Below, in pieces: positions 9,561-20,247 of a stretch of DNA of 55,264 bases; the first letter of the stretch is position 1; each line of letters starts with the position of its first letter. Position numbers and translations under genes: made by a program. Source of the stretch: Paramoeba atlantica. Lineage: Eukaryota; Protista; Discosea. The notes beneath the pieces are model-generated. The model did not search any database. It was given only the letters and a program-made list of their open reading frames with translations, and was not told the DNA's origin. The stretch lies in the NCBI GenBank assembly GCA_977017575.1, contig CDRNVI010000082.1, positions 1 through 55,264 of the forward strand. The letters run 5' to 3'.

Positions 9561-11202
9561 ATTCCCAGTGTATGTAATTCCTAAGTCTCCCGAACAGCAA
9601 CAGGTGCAGGAAACCCCGGAAGTTCCCCTTCCATTACCTCTACCAGCCCCCGATACCTCCCTAGCAACACTGCTCCCAGAAACAGTCCTCCGAGCAACGG
9701 CTCCCGATACGACACCTGCGCCAGAATACCAAACAATACTTCAGAGAGTCGCACGAGCTCATGAAGTTACCGAGAGTTCTACACCTACGCCCTCTGAGCT
9801 TGACATTCTGTTGCGGACATCACGCACTATTGCGGGGGGCCGCGCACTGGTGCGCTTCAATGACCAGCAGTGGAGCCAGGTATTATCAAAGATTGAGGTG
9901 CGCTGTAGGGAGTTCCTGCGACCTGCAACGAACGCGGACGATGCACTGCTTAAAGCGGATATACTATCGGCCATACTGTCGGTGTCTGTCTTCGAAATCG
10001 CTCAAGAGATTGACCCTAGGCGAGGTTTCATGCTCCGTACAAACATGGGCCACGCAAAACGCGGATTGCCCACTGGCCATAGACAGAACACAAAAACAGC
10101 TTGTTGCACACATTCGCCAACTAAAACGTTCACTTGCCTTCATGCATGGCGCAGAGCGCAACAAGCAGAGAGGGATGATCAAGCAAGCAGAAAAGGCGCT
10201 GAAGTTCTACGAAGAAGAAGCCACTCTTCAGAAACAAGAAATCGAACGCAGATGGGCCCTCACCCGTTTCCAGCGAAATCCCTGGACAGCCGCTGGTATG
10301 TGTCTGGACAGCCATGAGGAAGAGGCGCATGAACACGGTACAACCTTCCCAACAGCGTCCATGAGTGAAATCGAAACCTTCTTTGCGGAGTCTATGTCTA
10401 AACCCGAGACCAACTATACCATCCCATCCGACGAGTTCCTTGGCCCACGCCCGCTAGAATCCATGAATTGGACAGAAATTGATGCCGGTACTATTGCTGC
10501 TGCATTGGTCTCGAAACGGGCAGGCGCCGCTCCGGGATCAGACACCGTGACGAATGCACTTCTGAAACATTGCTCAAGCATCTACACCTATATCGCACAA
10601 ATTTTTAATGATGTCCTTCAATTCGGTATCTGCCCACTTACGTGGAAAACTGCTGTAACCCGACCGATACATAAAGGTGGCGATCCTAAGCGCATCGAAA
10701 ATTGGAGGCCAATTAGCCTCACCAGCTGCCTTGGAAATCTCTTTCACTCCATTATTGGACACCGAATCCTTCAACACGCCCTGGAGACGAATGCGATCGA
10801 CACAACTATCCAGAAAGGCTTTCTGCCTGGTATGAATGGAACGGTAGAGCACACTCAAGCCCTATGTGAACTCATTGAGCACCAACGAAGCCATAAACGG
10901 CAATACTGTCTTTCCCAGTTCGACATTAAAAACGCATTCGGATCGATCCCTCATAATATTCTCTTCCAGTCTCTCCGTTGGGCCCGCGTCCCCTCACCCA
11001 TCACCTAATACATTGAAAACCTTTACCATAAGGCCTCTCTCCAAATCAAATGCAGTGAAGGACTCACCAAACCAATCGAAGTCGGACGGGGCGTACTACA
11101 AGGTGACACTCTCTCCCCAGTACTATTCAACCTCTCAATGGAGTTGGTGCTGCGTTTTGTCCGGTCTAGCTGTCCAAAATACGGTATTACATGGAACGAC
11201 GA
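9547..11202 (+). pseudogene. Retrotransposon RT, N-terminal part (frameshifted, one stop, truncated before the YADD-type motif)
   Basis: ORFs 9547-10317 and 9761-11008 join by a frameshift near 10070. The frame continues past TAA at 11006 with GVLQGDTLSP up to the insertion at ~11203. Confidence 0.85.
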
Positions 11203-11719
11203 CGAGGTGTCGTTTTTTGAAATTTTCAAAATCTTGATTTTCGAAATCGAGCGCAGGGAAGTGGTAGAGTAGGCCGCGGAGATGACTTTCCACCCCCCAC
11301 CTGGGGGTACCCCCCTGGTACGCGCGGAAGGGGTCCGACAAGGTCAAAAATTCCGAAATTTTTGGGATGACTAAAAAAAATATTTTTTGATCCAAAAAGA
11401 AGCAAAAATATTATTTTTCAAAATCGACTACTAAACCGTATTTGGAAAGTTTCGGACCTCAGCTACCATTTTACGACGTTTTTGTCGACAGATTCGACTC
11501 CTGCCCCTACTGGTAAGGCATCCAAAACAGCCCAAATTGGGTGTAAAATTTCGCAATTTTTGCCGAAAAACCGAGCTGTTTCCCCCAAAAAAGTAGATTA
11601 TTCATGATCTTTTGGCGATTTTTCTTTTTTAGGCTCTTCGTTAAACGCGGTGGTAGTTTTCAACGCGAAGCGCGCAGCATGAGTGACTTCTAAGTTGAAA
11701 ACGAAGAGCCTAAAAAAGA
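11203..11719 (+). repeat. Non-autonomous Helitron-associated repeat, unit B (5'-truncated), nested in the RT
   Basis: Matches 28655-29181 and (inverted) 38345-38850. Ends in a partly deleted terminal palindrome. Confidence 0.85.
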
Positions 11720-11799
11720 AATGGCAGAATTCGAAACTCATTTGGTAAACTTGTTATGTAAACTTTACCCTTATTGGTGAAAGTGAAGTATAAAGAAGT

Positions 11800-12046
11800 A
11801 TAAAGATACAGTTTCTGTACCTTGTTGTTCATCCTTTCTTTCCCCGGCAACGGGCATATTCTTACTGTAATTATATGCTCGTTGCCGGCCGGCACTAAGA
11901 CCGGCATAAAGCACCTAAGAATATGAAACTTGTTGAAGGAAATGGAGGTGCAGCAAGAAACGCCACAGAAGGTACGACGCACTAGGGCCCATGGTGCGCG
12001 GCCGGGTGCATAGGAGCGCGAAGCAAATGATTAGTACAAAAAAGGC
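11800..12046 (+). mobile_element. Short SL-headed retroposon-like insert (spliced form)
   Basis: 28-nt SL relic joined directly to TTCATCCTTTCTTTCCCCGGCAACGGGCAT... and homologous to 21100-21235 (- strand). Ends in a short A-run at ~12040-12046. Confidence 0.6.
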
Positions 12047-12058
12047 TAAATTTGCAGG

Positions 12059-13471
12059 ATGCAACATATGGCAATGACTACAGACTCAGGTTACATGACT
12101 CGCCGCCCGCAGATATTGGTCGATGGCGCCCAAATCCCCCACATTTGCGACCAAGGCAGCACATTCTTAGGAATGACACTCGCCCCGGGAGCCCAACAAG
12201 GGAACATTCTCTTCCAAAAGTTGCGGGCCCGCATACGCACGTGGTTACGAAATATATCTAACAGCGCCCACGAACTACCTGCCCGTTTATGGATCTACAA
12301 CAATGGTATTATCTCCCGTCTTCGATACTGCTTTGTTGTGCACGCGTGTCTTAGTTTTAATCACGTCCTGCGCCTTCAAAGGTATGCAACGAATGCGATT
12401 CGGAAATGGCTAAATCTCGCAAAAACGGCTACCAGCGAGCTCTTATACTCCCAACACGGTTGGAACCTCACCAGCCTATCCAAACTTTGGCTCCTCTGTG
12501 CAGCAGAAACGGCGAAACAGATGGAAAAATCCCGCGACCCCGCGGTTCTGCATGCATTGCGCGTCAGGATACGGAGGGAAGAAAACAAACGGTCATCTGG
12601 ACATGTACGCCCACCTTCCGAAATCTACAGCACAGATAGAAGTGAAGTACGAAGAATGATTGGCGAGGAATATGAGAGACACCTCTCCCAAGCAGTACAG
12701 CGCCGTACCTCTGTTGCCGGTCAATGGTTCCGCATAGCAACCGAAGAAGACTTAGCTAAGGACTTTGCCGCAGCACTTTGTGATTTGAAAAGCGAGAGCC
12801 TCTCGCGTTTCACAGCCTCCGTCCTGACACAAACTCCCTTGCCGACACGAGTAGCACTCCGCAAATGGGGAATGTCGAGTCACGTAAACGACGAATGTCC
12901 CATATGTGAAACAGAGCGGCAAAGCACCCGGCACGTTCTCTCTGGCTGCGCGAAATCCTTAGAGCAAGGGAGATACACCCTGCGACACAATATGATCTTA
13001 CTAGCCCTCGCAAACGCTGTAGCGACCTCTCCGTCGACGAATGCGTTCCATTTCGATCTTCCACAGTTTTCCACTGTCCCGACTTGGCTCACGGAATTAG
13101 ATACAGAGCTCAGACCGGACGGGTGGGTAAGGCTGCATAATGGTGAGGAATACATAATAGAGCTAACTTCTCCATGGGAGGAGAACTTTTCACACGCCCA
13201 CGACCGCAAAGTTGCGAAATACTCCAGGTTGTATCATACAAGGAAACTACAACACCCACGCACGTTTCTCTTGGTGTTCGAGGTGGGTGCCAGGGGGAAA
13301 CTTGCTAGCTCCATTCGACCGCTCAACTCTCTTTTTATGGGAGAAAAACATATTGTTTCTGAGTGTCGGAAGGAAATGACGAGAAGTGCCCTGCGTGGCA
13401 GCTTCATCATATTCCAAAAACGCGACTCAAAGACCTGGAACAATGAAACACAGTTTGCTGAGGTCGCCTAA
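12059..13471 (+). pseudogene. Retrotransposon RT thumb + zinc knuckle + restriction-like endonuclease
   Basis: TFLGM, RLWIYNNGIISRLRY, CPIC..HVLSGC, RPDG..ELTSPWE. Confidence 0.88.
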
Positions 13472-13605
13472 AGGTGAATGGATACCACACGTTCTGTGCG
13501 TGTGTTCTGGACATTTTATTTTCCTGTATCCATTCATAACCAATCTCTGCACTATAAGTGTATGACAAATAAATAAATAAATAAATAAAAAATAGGATGG
13601 AGAAG

Positions 13606-14019
13606 TCCGGGCATAGTTGGCAGACGGTGGGCCTTACAACCTGCAGGTTGGGGGTTCGATTCCCGCTATCGGCAAAACTCGCAACCTGACGGCCTCACTA
13701 CAAAGGGAAAGCGATCAGGAGTGCCTTCAATGCCCACACCCAACACCGCTCCCCTGGAGGACCGACCCGGAACCGCAGAGCTGAACCAGGCTCCAGCGTA
13801 GCCGCTAAATTGCGAGCTGCTTACGCAAAGGAGGCTTGAGACACAACGTACACAATGCAACGCGGTTGGACGCCCGTCCTGGTAGTTGGGTAGCCGTGCT
13901 CGGGCCGCAAGGCGTCGAGTGCCGTCTGGGAAGGGGGTAACAGGACAATGAAGGTCGGTGACCTGAGACTCTACCCCAACGGTTGGCGCTGCAGAGCCCT
14001 CCGTGTCTTCTTCTTCTTC
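13606..14019 (+). mobile_element. tRNA-derived SINE-like element (copy 1)
   Basis: tRNA-Val(TAC)-like head at 13606-13674 with B-box GGTTCGATTCC, a GC-rich body and a (CTT)4 tail. Flanked by a 7-bp direct repeat GGAGAAG (13599-13605, 14020-14026). Confidence 0.8.
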
Positions 14020-14279
14020 GGAGAAGGTACTCGTGACGTTCCACGTAAAGTACTACGATCAATACGTGCTCAGTTTTTACACGGTCAATTCCTGCTTCAC
14101 TAGGAGTTCTTTGATGATTCTAAAAGCCTATAAAATTATAAAAACTGTTAAAACAAATATCAATGTCGAAAGGATACGCCAACAAGGACTAAATTGTGAT
14201 GCTTTTAAAAATGAGTTATCCCTGATTCGAAGAACTTGAAAATTTTTTTATCGAAATATTATTACCATCTTTCAATCTT

Positions 14280-14885
14280 ATGTCTTTACCTGTTCCTTTT
14301 CACTTCGCTCTCTTTTCTGCAAGAGACGCTCCTCGGACTCGCCCTTCCAAGGTGAGCAGCGCTATACAACCTCCAGCGTTTCTTCTGGAACGATTCCTCG
14401 CCCATCTTGGAAACGCGTCTGCCTCATGGAATACTCACACCCCGGTTTGTACGTGGGAAGGGGTGATATGTGATAAAACGGAACACGTACAAACAGTAGA
14501 ACTAGGGGCTCACAGTTTATCCGGATCTCCAGCATGGGGATTTCTACCAGAGTCATTATCTATCTTGAATCTTTCTCATAACAAGTTAAGCGGAACAGTA
14601 GACTTCGATAGTTTTCCTATGCAGTTAACAAAATTAGATTTGGGTCAAAATAGCTTCACAGGACATGTGACATTTTTAAGCTTGCCACAGACATTACGAT
14701 ATCTCGACCTTTCACACAATGAATTTACTGGGTGCGATGCTTTGACGACGATCCGTGTAGGCTTACGAGAAATGTACATTAACCACAATCTTCAACTTAT
14801 TGGTTTTGTTGATGTACCAAAACTTCCAAAAAGTTTGGTGCATCGTTCATGGCAACATACCCAAATTGAGGCGAAATGGATCTAG
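14280..14885 (+). CDS. Leucine-rich repeat protein (family copy 3)
   Basis: W...CTWEGVICD cap and LRRs LNLSHNKLSG, LDLGQNSFTG, LDLSHNEFTG. Confidence 0.88.
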   Translation: MSLPVPFHFALFSARDAPRTRPSKVSSAIQPPAFLLERFLAHLGNASASWNTHTPVCTWEGVICDKTEHVQTVELGAHSLSGSPAWGFLPESLSILNLSHNKLSGTVDFDSFPMQLTKLDLGQNSFTGHVTFLSLPQTLRYLDLSHNEFTGCDALTTIRVGLREMYINHNLQLIGFVDVPKLPKSLVHRSWQHTQIEAKWI

Positions 14886-15276
14886 AATGCACATGAAGAA
14901 ATATTGTGATCAAAGTATATTTTTTCGACGATAAGTTTTGTATACATGGAAACTTTTTTCACCTATTCTTCTTATTTATCTCCTCAGTTTCCTGATAATT
15001 TGTGTCTATAGAATTGGTGAGTTGCTTATTTTAAAGATGAAACGCTAGAACAGCTCGTAGTCTCAGTCACTGCTGTATGGCATACAATAAATGTATGGCG
15101 TACAATAAATAATCAACGTTTTTGACAGTTATTTGTATCTTAGCTTACGACAAGAGCTGGAAAAATGTAAGGTCGATCCAATAGCGGAAATCTACTGCAT
15201 TCGATTGTACATTATGAAGCTTTGTTTGGTGGAGATATTTTTAACTTTTGTTACCCGTGAACTCAGCTTAGTACCT

Positions 15277-15876
15277 ATGTCCGACTGCGCCGCCACACAT
15301 TCTGGTCATAAAGTACGGAGCATAATGCTTCCTGTGGAAATTCAAATCTCTCTATTCTTTCGAAATGTTAGTAATCCAGATTCAACGTGGAAGGAAACAA
15401 ATCCGCTTCACGCGTGGAATGGCATGTCCCTGGATAGAGAGGATGGATCTTTCCACGAACTTAATGCAAATTATAGGCGTCTGAGGGGCACATTGAGCTG
15501 GGAAAACCTCCCGCGGGAGATTAAGCAGATTCAGTTACAAGGGAATCATTTTGAGGGGCACGTAGACTGTTCCTATCTTCCTTTGAACTCATCGTTAATC
15601 TATTTGAATCATAATCATTTTACAGGCTCTATAGATTTGACATCCCTTCCTGCTTTACTGGTATACTTTTGCCTTAATTCGAATTATTTCAGTGGGGAAC
15701 TCAATTTCAATCATCTGCCCTTAGGCTTGCAATGGCTGTGGCTTCATCGAAACCAATTCACAGGCATAGTACAGCTTGATAATATTCCGAAAACAATGAC
15801 AGAGATACTTCTCAAAGAAAATAAATTCATCGGTGTGTTAGATCTGCGTGTTCTTCCAAATTGTTTGACGTTCTAA
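15277..15876 (+). CDS. Leucine-rich repeat protein (family copy 4; the ORF could extend to 15133)
   Basis: LPVEIQISLF..N...W..AWNG cap and LRRs with NxFxG. Start placed at the ATG matching the paralogue N-termini. Confidence 0.85.
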   Translation: MSDCAATHSGHKVRSIMLPVEIQISLFFRNVSNPDSTWKETNPLHAWNGMSLDREDGSFHELNANYRRLRGTLSWENLPREIKQIQLQGNHFEGHVDCSYLPLNSSLIYLNHNHFTGSIDLTSLPALLVYFCLNSNYFSGELNFNHLPLGLQWLWLHRNQFTGIVQLDNIPKTMTEILLKENKFIGVLDLRVLPNCLTF

Positions 15877-15921
15877 TAATTCATTCAGCGAAATAATCGG
15901 CGAGCACAACAGTATGAAGAC

Positions 15922-16135
15922 TTGAGCACTCCTTAAAGTGGTATTCGTACCACATACAGTACTCTCCTTACATACAGTATCACTGGTGTCGACTTAACGG
16001 CACTATACAAAGTGCCGTTAAGTAGGAGCACTCAAATTTTCAAAGATATTTACAAAAAATAATTTGAGGGAGCAAAAGTCCCTTTTGACCGAGTTTACCC
16101 GTAGTGAACCGTAGTGATTCACTACGGGTAAATTC
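15922..16135. other. Intergenic cluster of hairpins
   Basis: GTGGTA-TTCG-TACCAC (15938-15953), a perfect 13-bp stem (15992-16023) and a perfect 15-bp stem (16094-16132). Imperfect 12-bp IR at 15922-15933/16024-16035. Confidence 0.6.
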
Positions 16136-16175
16136 CGGGGCATGTTAAGTCGTACCCCAGTTTAGGACTCTATCA

Positions 16176-16775
16176 TTGAATGATTATGCTTCGCTAATTT
16201 CTTGTAAACTTAATCTAATGGCCTCAGTTCCGATCTCTGATGAATCTATTCAAGCCCCTTCTTCCCCTTATTACCGTATTCGACCGCATACGTACCACAG
16301 TTTTAAGCCTTCTCGCCCAGTAGCAGTTAGCAGCAACTACAATGCGCATAGAGACTCCTGTCCTGCACAACGTCAGAATGAGCAGCCATCACTTTTGTGT
16401 GACATGCGTCGTCTTATTGCCGGCGAATATTATTACTGCGACACCGCGGAAAGGGAGGAAGGACGGACCCTTTCAGGTCCCTCGGAGGATACAATTTTGA
16501 TCCAAGTTGCAAGTGTGGATGTACGTCAAGGTAGGGTGCGTGTGCGTCCATGCTACAAAGTTCGGGCGACACCTCGCGGTGCTGAAAGCAAGTTCCACGA
16601 CTATACCAGATCAGAGTCTACCTCACCTGTAGTAGAAGTACACTCCGAGACATTTACGGTGCCTTCTTCTGCTCTACTGCGAACGCCTCGTCCATGTGTT
16701 CTAGACGCGTTACAAGTTCGAGACACTTTTGTTGATGCATATGGTTGCTTTGATAGCAAGTGGATGTCTATTTAG
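16176..16775 (+). CDS. Hypothetical protein
   Basis: 199-aa ORF co-oriented with the gene cluster. No motif recognised. Confidence 0.5.
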   Translation: MNDYASLISCKLNLMASVPISDESIQAPSSPYYRIRPHTYHSFKPSRPVAVSSNYNAHRDSCPAQRQNEQPSLLCDMRRLIAGEYYYCDTAEREEGRTLSGPSEDTILIQVASVDVRQGRVRVRPCYKVRATPRGAESKFHDYTRSESTSPVVEVHSETFTVPSSALLRTPRPCVLDALQVRDTFVDAYGCFDSKWMSI

Positions 16776-16939
16776 TTATCAAAGAATGTATTGATTTTTT
16801 TTGTTCTTTTGAAGACAGTTGCAGTAGTGTATAGGATAACTGTATTTCACCCATAGCACTATTTGTGCACTGCATGTGAAATACGTACACCTACATTTTG
16901 AGCCTATTATTGGTCTTTTTTCACCATTACTCTCCAGCA

Positions 16940-17407
16940 ATGCCCCATGTACCCTGTACCCCCGCGGGTCTTACTTCTACCCCACGTCGTATACACCTCG
17001 CCTTTCCTTCCATTCTCCTATTCAGCCTCCTCGCCGTGTCCCACATCCGCACCTCCCAACCTTACAACGCCCCACAAACCACCCCCACCACCATCCCCGA
17101 TCTCGATCTCACTGACCCCTTCACCGGACCCGATCTCTTCTCCATCCACGCCCAATGTGCGGCATTCCTCCGACGTGATTTCGTCTCCCCCGAAAAAAAG
17201 ATCGCCTCGATGCAAGATTCTTCATCTTCTAAAAAATGTCCCTTTTCTTCTTCTTCTTCTTCTTCCCCGAAAAAAATCCTAAACCCACCCTCCTCAACCT
17301 TAACCCATGATCCCTCTTCACAAGAAGCCTCCTCTTTTTTCCACCACCCTACCACCACAACCCCCTCGGCCTCCTTCGTCCCCTCCCCTCTCCCTTTTCA
17401 ACAACAA

Positions 17408-17442
<35 letters not shown>

Positions 17443-19336
17443 AACCCTAACACAAAAGAGGAAACAAAAACTACAAAGACAACGACACCAACAAACGACT
17501 TCTTCCTCTTCTTCCCCCCCGCCCGGCCCCCTGCTGGTTCTCCCCGGGCTGCTGGGCTCCGTGCTGGAGGAGAAGCGGACCGCCGCGACGGGTCTCCCCT
17601 TCGAGTGCGCCCGCACCCTGGACTGGACCATCGCCTGGGTCAACGTGCGCTCCATGACCCTCTCGTACCGGTGCTGGTCCCGGACCATGCGGCTGGTGGT
17701 GAGGAGGGGGGAGGGGGAAGATAGGGAAAGAAATGAAAATAAAGGAAATGAAAATAAAGATAAGGAAAAGGAAAATAAAAGTTATGAAAATAAAGAAAAG
17801 GAAGATAAAGAAAAAGAAAGGAATAAAAGCAATGAAAATAAAAGTCATGAAAAGGAAAATAAAGGCAACGAAAATATAAGTCATGAAAAGGAAAACAAAG
17901 GTAACCCCCACACTTTTAGTTTTAGGGCTGAGTTTCCCCCGGGGGTTGAGGTTCGCCCTCATCAAGATACCGTCCATGCGGTGCGGTGTCTTGATCCCTC
18001 CAATGGGGCCTCCTGTGATGCGACAAAATATTTTCATGATTTTTTTGTGGCCATCACGGACCCGAAGGAGATGCAGCAGACCTTTGGGAGGGGTACGGTG
18101 CGGGTGTGGGAGAACCCGACGTGTTATGCGGTAGAGGCGACGGGGAGTCCGGTGGTTCCGGTACGGGTGAACTACACGGAGGCGTTGAATGTGACGGAGG
18201 GATTACAGAACGCGCAGGGAAGACCAGGGCTCAAGAAAAAAACAAACGGCACGGAGAGTAAGGAAAAGAAGGAAAGTAACCGGTATGGGGCGAAAACACG
18301 AACGCTGCCTCCGATTCCCGCGTATCAACTTCGTCCGTATACGGTGAAACATAATTTAGATGTGGTGCCGTATGATTTTCGTCTTGGGGTCGCGGATAAG
18401 TACAAGCATTTTGGTCCCGGGAACGCCTATGGGGGGTATTTTATCGAGGTCAAGCAGCGTGTGGAGCAAATGTACAGAGATAATGGAAACGCAAAGGTGA
18501 CGCTTTGTGGGCACAGTCTCGGAGGTACCCTGGCGGTTCTGTTTTTAAACACCTATGTGGATCAGAAATGGAAGGATACGTACATTGCTCGGCTGATCTC
18601 GGTCGCCGCCCCCTATGCGGGGACAATGAATGCGCTACAAGCGGCCGTGGTAGGGGAGAACGTAGGCTCCCCGCTTCCGTTGTGGACGCTACAACCGTTG
18701 ATCGCGACCTGGCCAGGTATGTACATGCTGTTTCCCATGTTACACAACGCCACAGCGCACATTTGGTCTCCCGATCGTGTACTGATGCGTATCGGAACCG
18801 AGACCGCACGAGCAAAAACATTACTTCAAAAATCTTCCGAAAAATCAAATTCAAAACCAGATACCAACTCCCAATCCTTAAAATCACCCCACAAAGGGTG
18901 CATTATGAATTTCTCCGACAAACCCACCCAGCCCCTCCGGGAGTACACCGTACGGGACCTCCCCCAGCTCGTGCGGGACATGCCCCACATGGAGGACATC
19001 TACGGTGACCTCCTCGAGAGCCTCCCCGCGAGTGCTAACTATTACTCCCCCCCGGGGGTCCCTGTGGATTGTATCTACAGCAACGGGGTACGCACCACGG
19101 ACCGTATTGAGATTGACAGCACGGCGGACAGTGACCGGTACAACCCGCGGCTGCACACGACCCAGGAGGGGGATGGCACTGTGACCTTTGGCAGCCTGCA
19201 GCTGTGTAGCCGCTGGGGGGGCGAACAGCGGCAGGAGGTCAAAACGTTCTTTTTCCCCGGGATTGACCATGTAGAGATCATGGCGGGTCACCCGGAGGTG
19301 TGGCGGTTGATTTATCAACGTGTGAATGGGGCGTAG
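16940..19336 (+). CDS. LCAT / group XV phospholipase A2-like lipase-acyltransferase with low-complexity insertions
   Basis: LLVLPGLLGSVLE, YDFRLG, nucleophile elbow GHSLGG, ISVAAPYAG, PGVPVDCIYSNG, GDGTV, GIDH. Hydrophobic N-terminal segment. Poly-Q and E/K/N insertions. Confidence 0.92.
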
Positions 19337-19599
19337 GGGGTGGAAAAAGGAAGTGCGGTGTGTGAGACCCCCGGGGGAATACGGTGTAGTGGCGCTGTGT
19401 ATGAACTCTTCATACTATGAAGTGTGGAGTTGTGAATTCAAGGACTCCGCCCGTTGTTTTGTAGAATATGTGTAGGATAGGTGTGGTTCGTTGTCTGGAT
19501 TTTGTGCAGCTACTACAAAATTGTACTCAGGAGTTTCTTTGTTTGTCTTAAATCTATTATTGCTATTTAAAAAGGGCTTTTACTAAACACTCTTTTAAA

Positions 19600-20211
19600 A
19601 TGTGTGCTCCACTCTTTGCGATGATGGTTCACGGTAGTGATGCAGAACGTGCAAAAGTACGCCCCGGTCGTATTCGGGGTTCATTTCTTTCTCAGGAATT
19701 TCTAATGGCTCAACTTGTTGCGAAGTTTGAACTACTCGACGACGACTCGTGGAAAGAGGACGTTCCGGTATGTAAATGGTATGGAGTTGATTGTAATGAT
19801 GATGGCAAAATAATCGAGATAAATTGGGATCACGTTCTCTCGTACGGAGAGTTTGATTTCTCACTTTTACCCGCCACGTTGATTCGCCTAAGTCTTTCGA
19901 AAATGTTTGATGATGATCTTTTTACTGGGTGTCCCGACTTTACTCTTCTTCCAAACGACATGCATTATTTGGACATTTCCGGAAACGCGTTTTCTGGGAC
20001 ACCAGACTTCACACGATGTCCTGCTGGATTAACCTACGTGGATCTCTCAGATAATTGTTTTTCTGGTGAAATATCTCTAGGTCGTCTTCCCAGTACTATA
20101 AAAACAGTATCGCTTGCTTACAATGGCAGCCTTTCTGGACATGTGTCTCGTTTTTTAGCTGCCCGAATAATGAGCGTGAACATTGAAAGCACGAAGATAA
20201 CAATAATTTGA
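19600..20211 (+). CDS. Leucine-rich repeat protein (family copy 5, divergent subtype)
   Basis: LSQEFLM..W...VCKWYGVDC cap and LRRs LDISGNAFSG, VDLSDNCFSG. Confidence 0.88.
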   Translation: MCAPLFAMMVHGSDAERAKVRPGRIRGSFLSQEFLMAQLVAKFELLDDDSWKEDVPVCKWYGVDCNDDGKIIEINWDHVLSYGEFDFSLLPATLIRLSLSKMFDDDLFTGCPDFTLLPNDMHYLDISGNAFSGTPDFTRCPAGLTYVDLSDNCFSGEISLGRLPSTIKTVSLAYNGSLSGHVSRFLAARIMSVNIESTKITII

Positions 20212-20247
20212 TATTGCGATAAGAGGAAGAATGCTGATAGACGCATC

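Larger units (their letters stand above)
7822..13593 (+). mobile_element. RLE-type non-LTR retrotransposon (HERO/NeSL/R2 group), decayed, with nested insertions
   Basis: RT motifs WRPISL, QKGFLPG..G..EH, FDIKNAFGSIPH, GVLQGDTLSPVLFN. Zn knuckle CPIC..HVLSGC..QGRYTLRHN. RLE RPDG..IELTSPWE..K..KY. (TAAA)n tail at ~13567-13593. Frameshifts near 9550 and 10070, in-frame stop at 11006. Confidence 0.93.

Noticed and set aside
7822-13605. CRE/SLACS-type site-specific insertion into an SL RNA gene
   Set aside because: There is no SL duplication or SL intron after the 3' tail, and no SL 5' part or promoter upstream.
13606-13674. Functional tRNA-Val(TAC) gene
   Set aside because: The acceptor and D stems do not pair, the anticodon loop is 8 nt, and the sequence lies inside a TSD-flanked insert.
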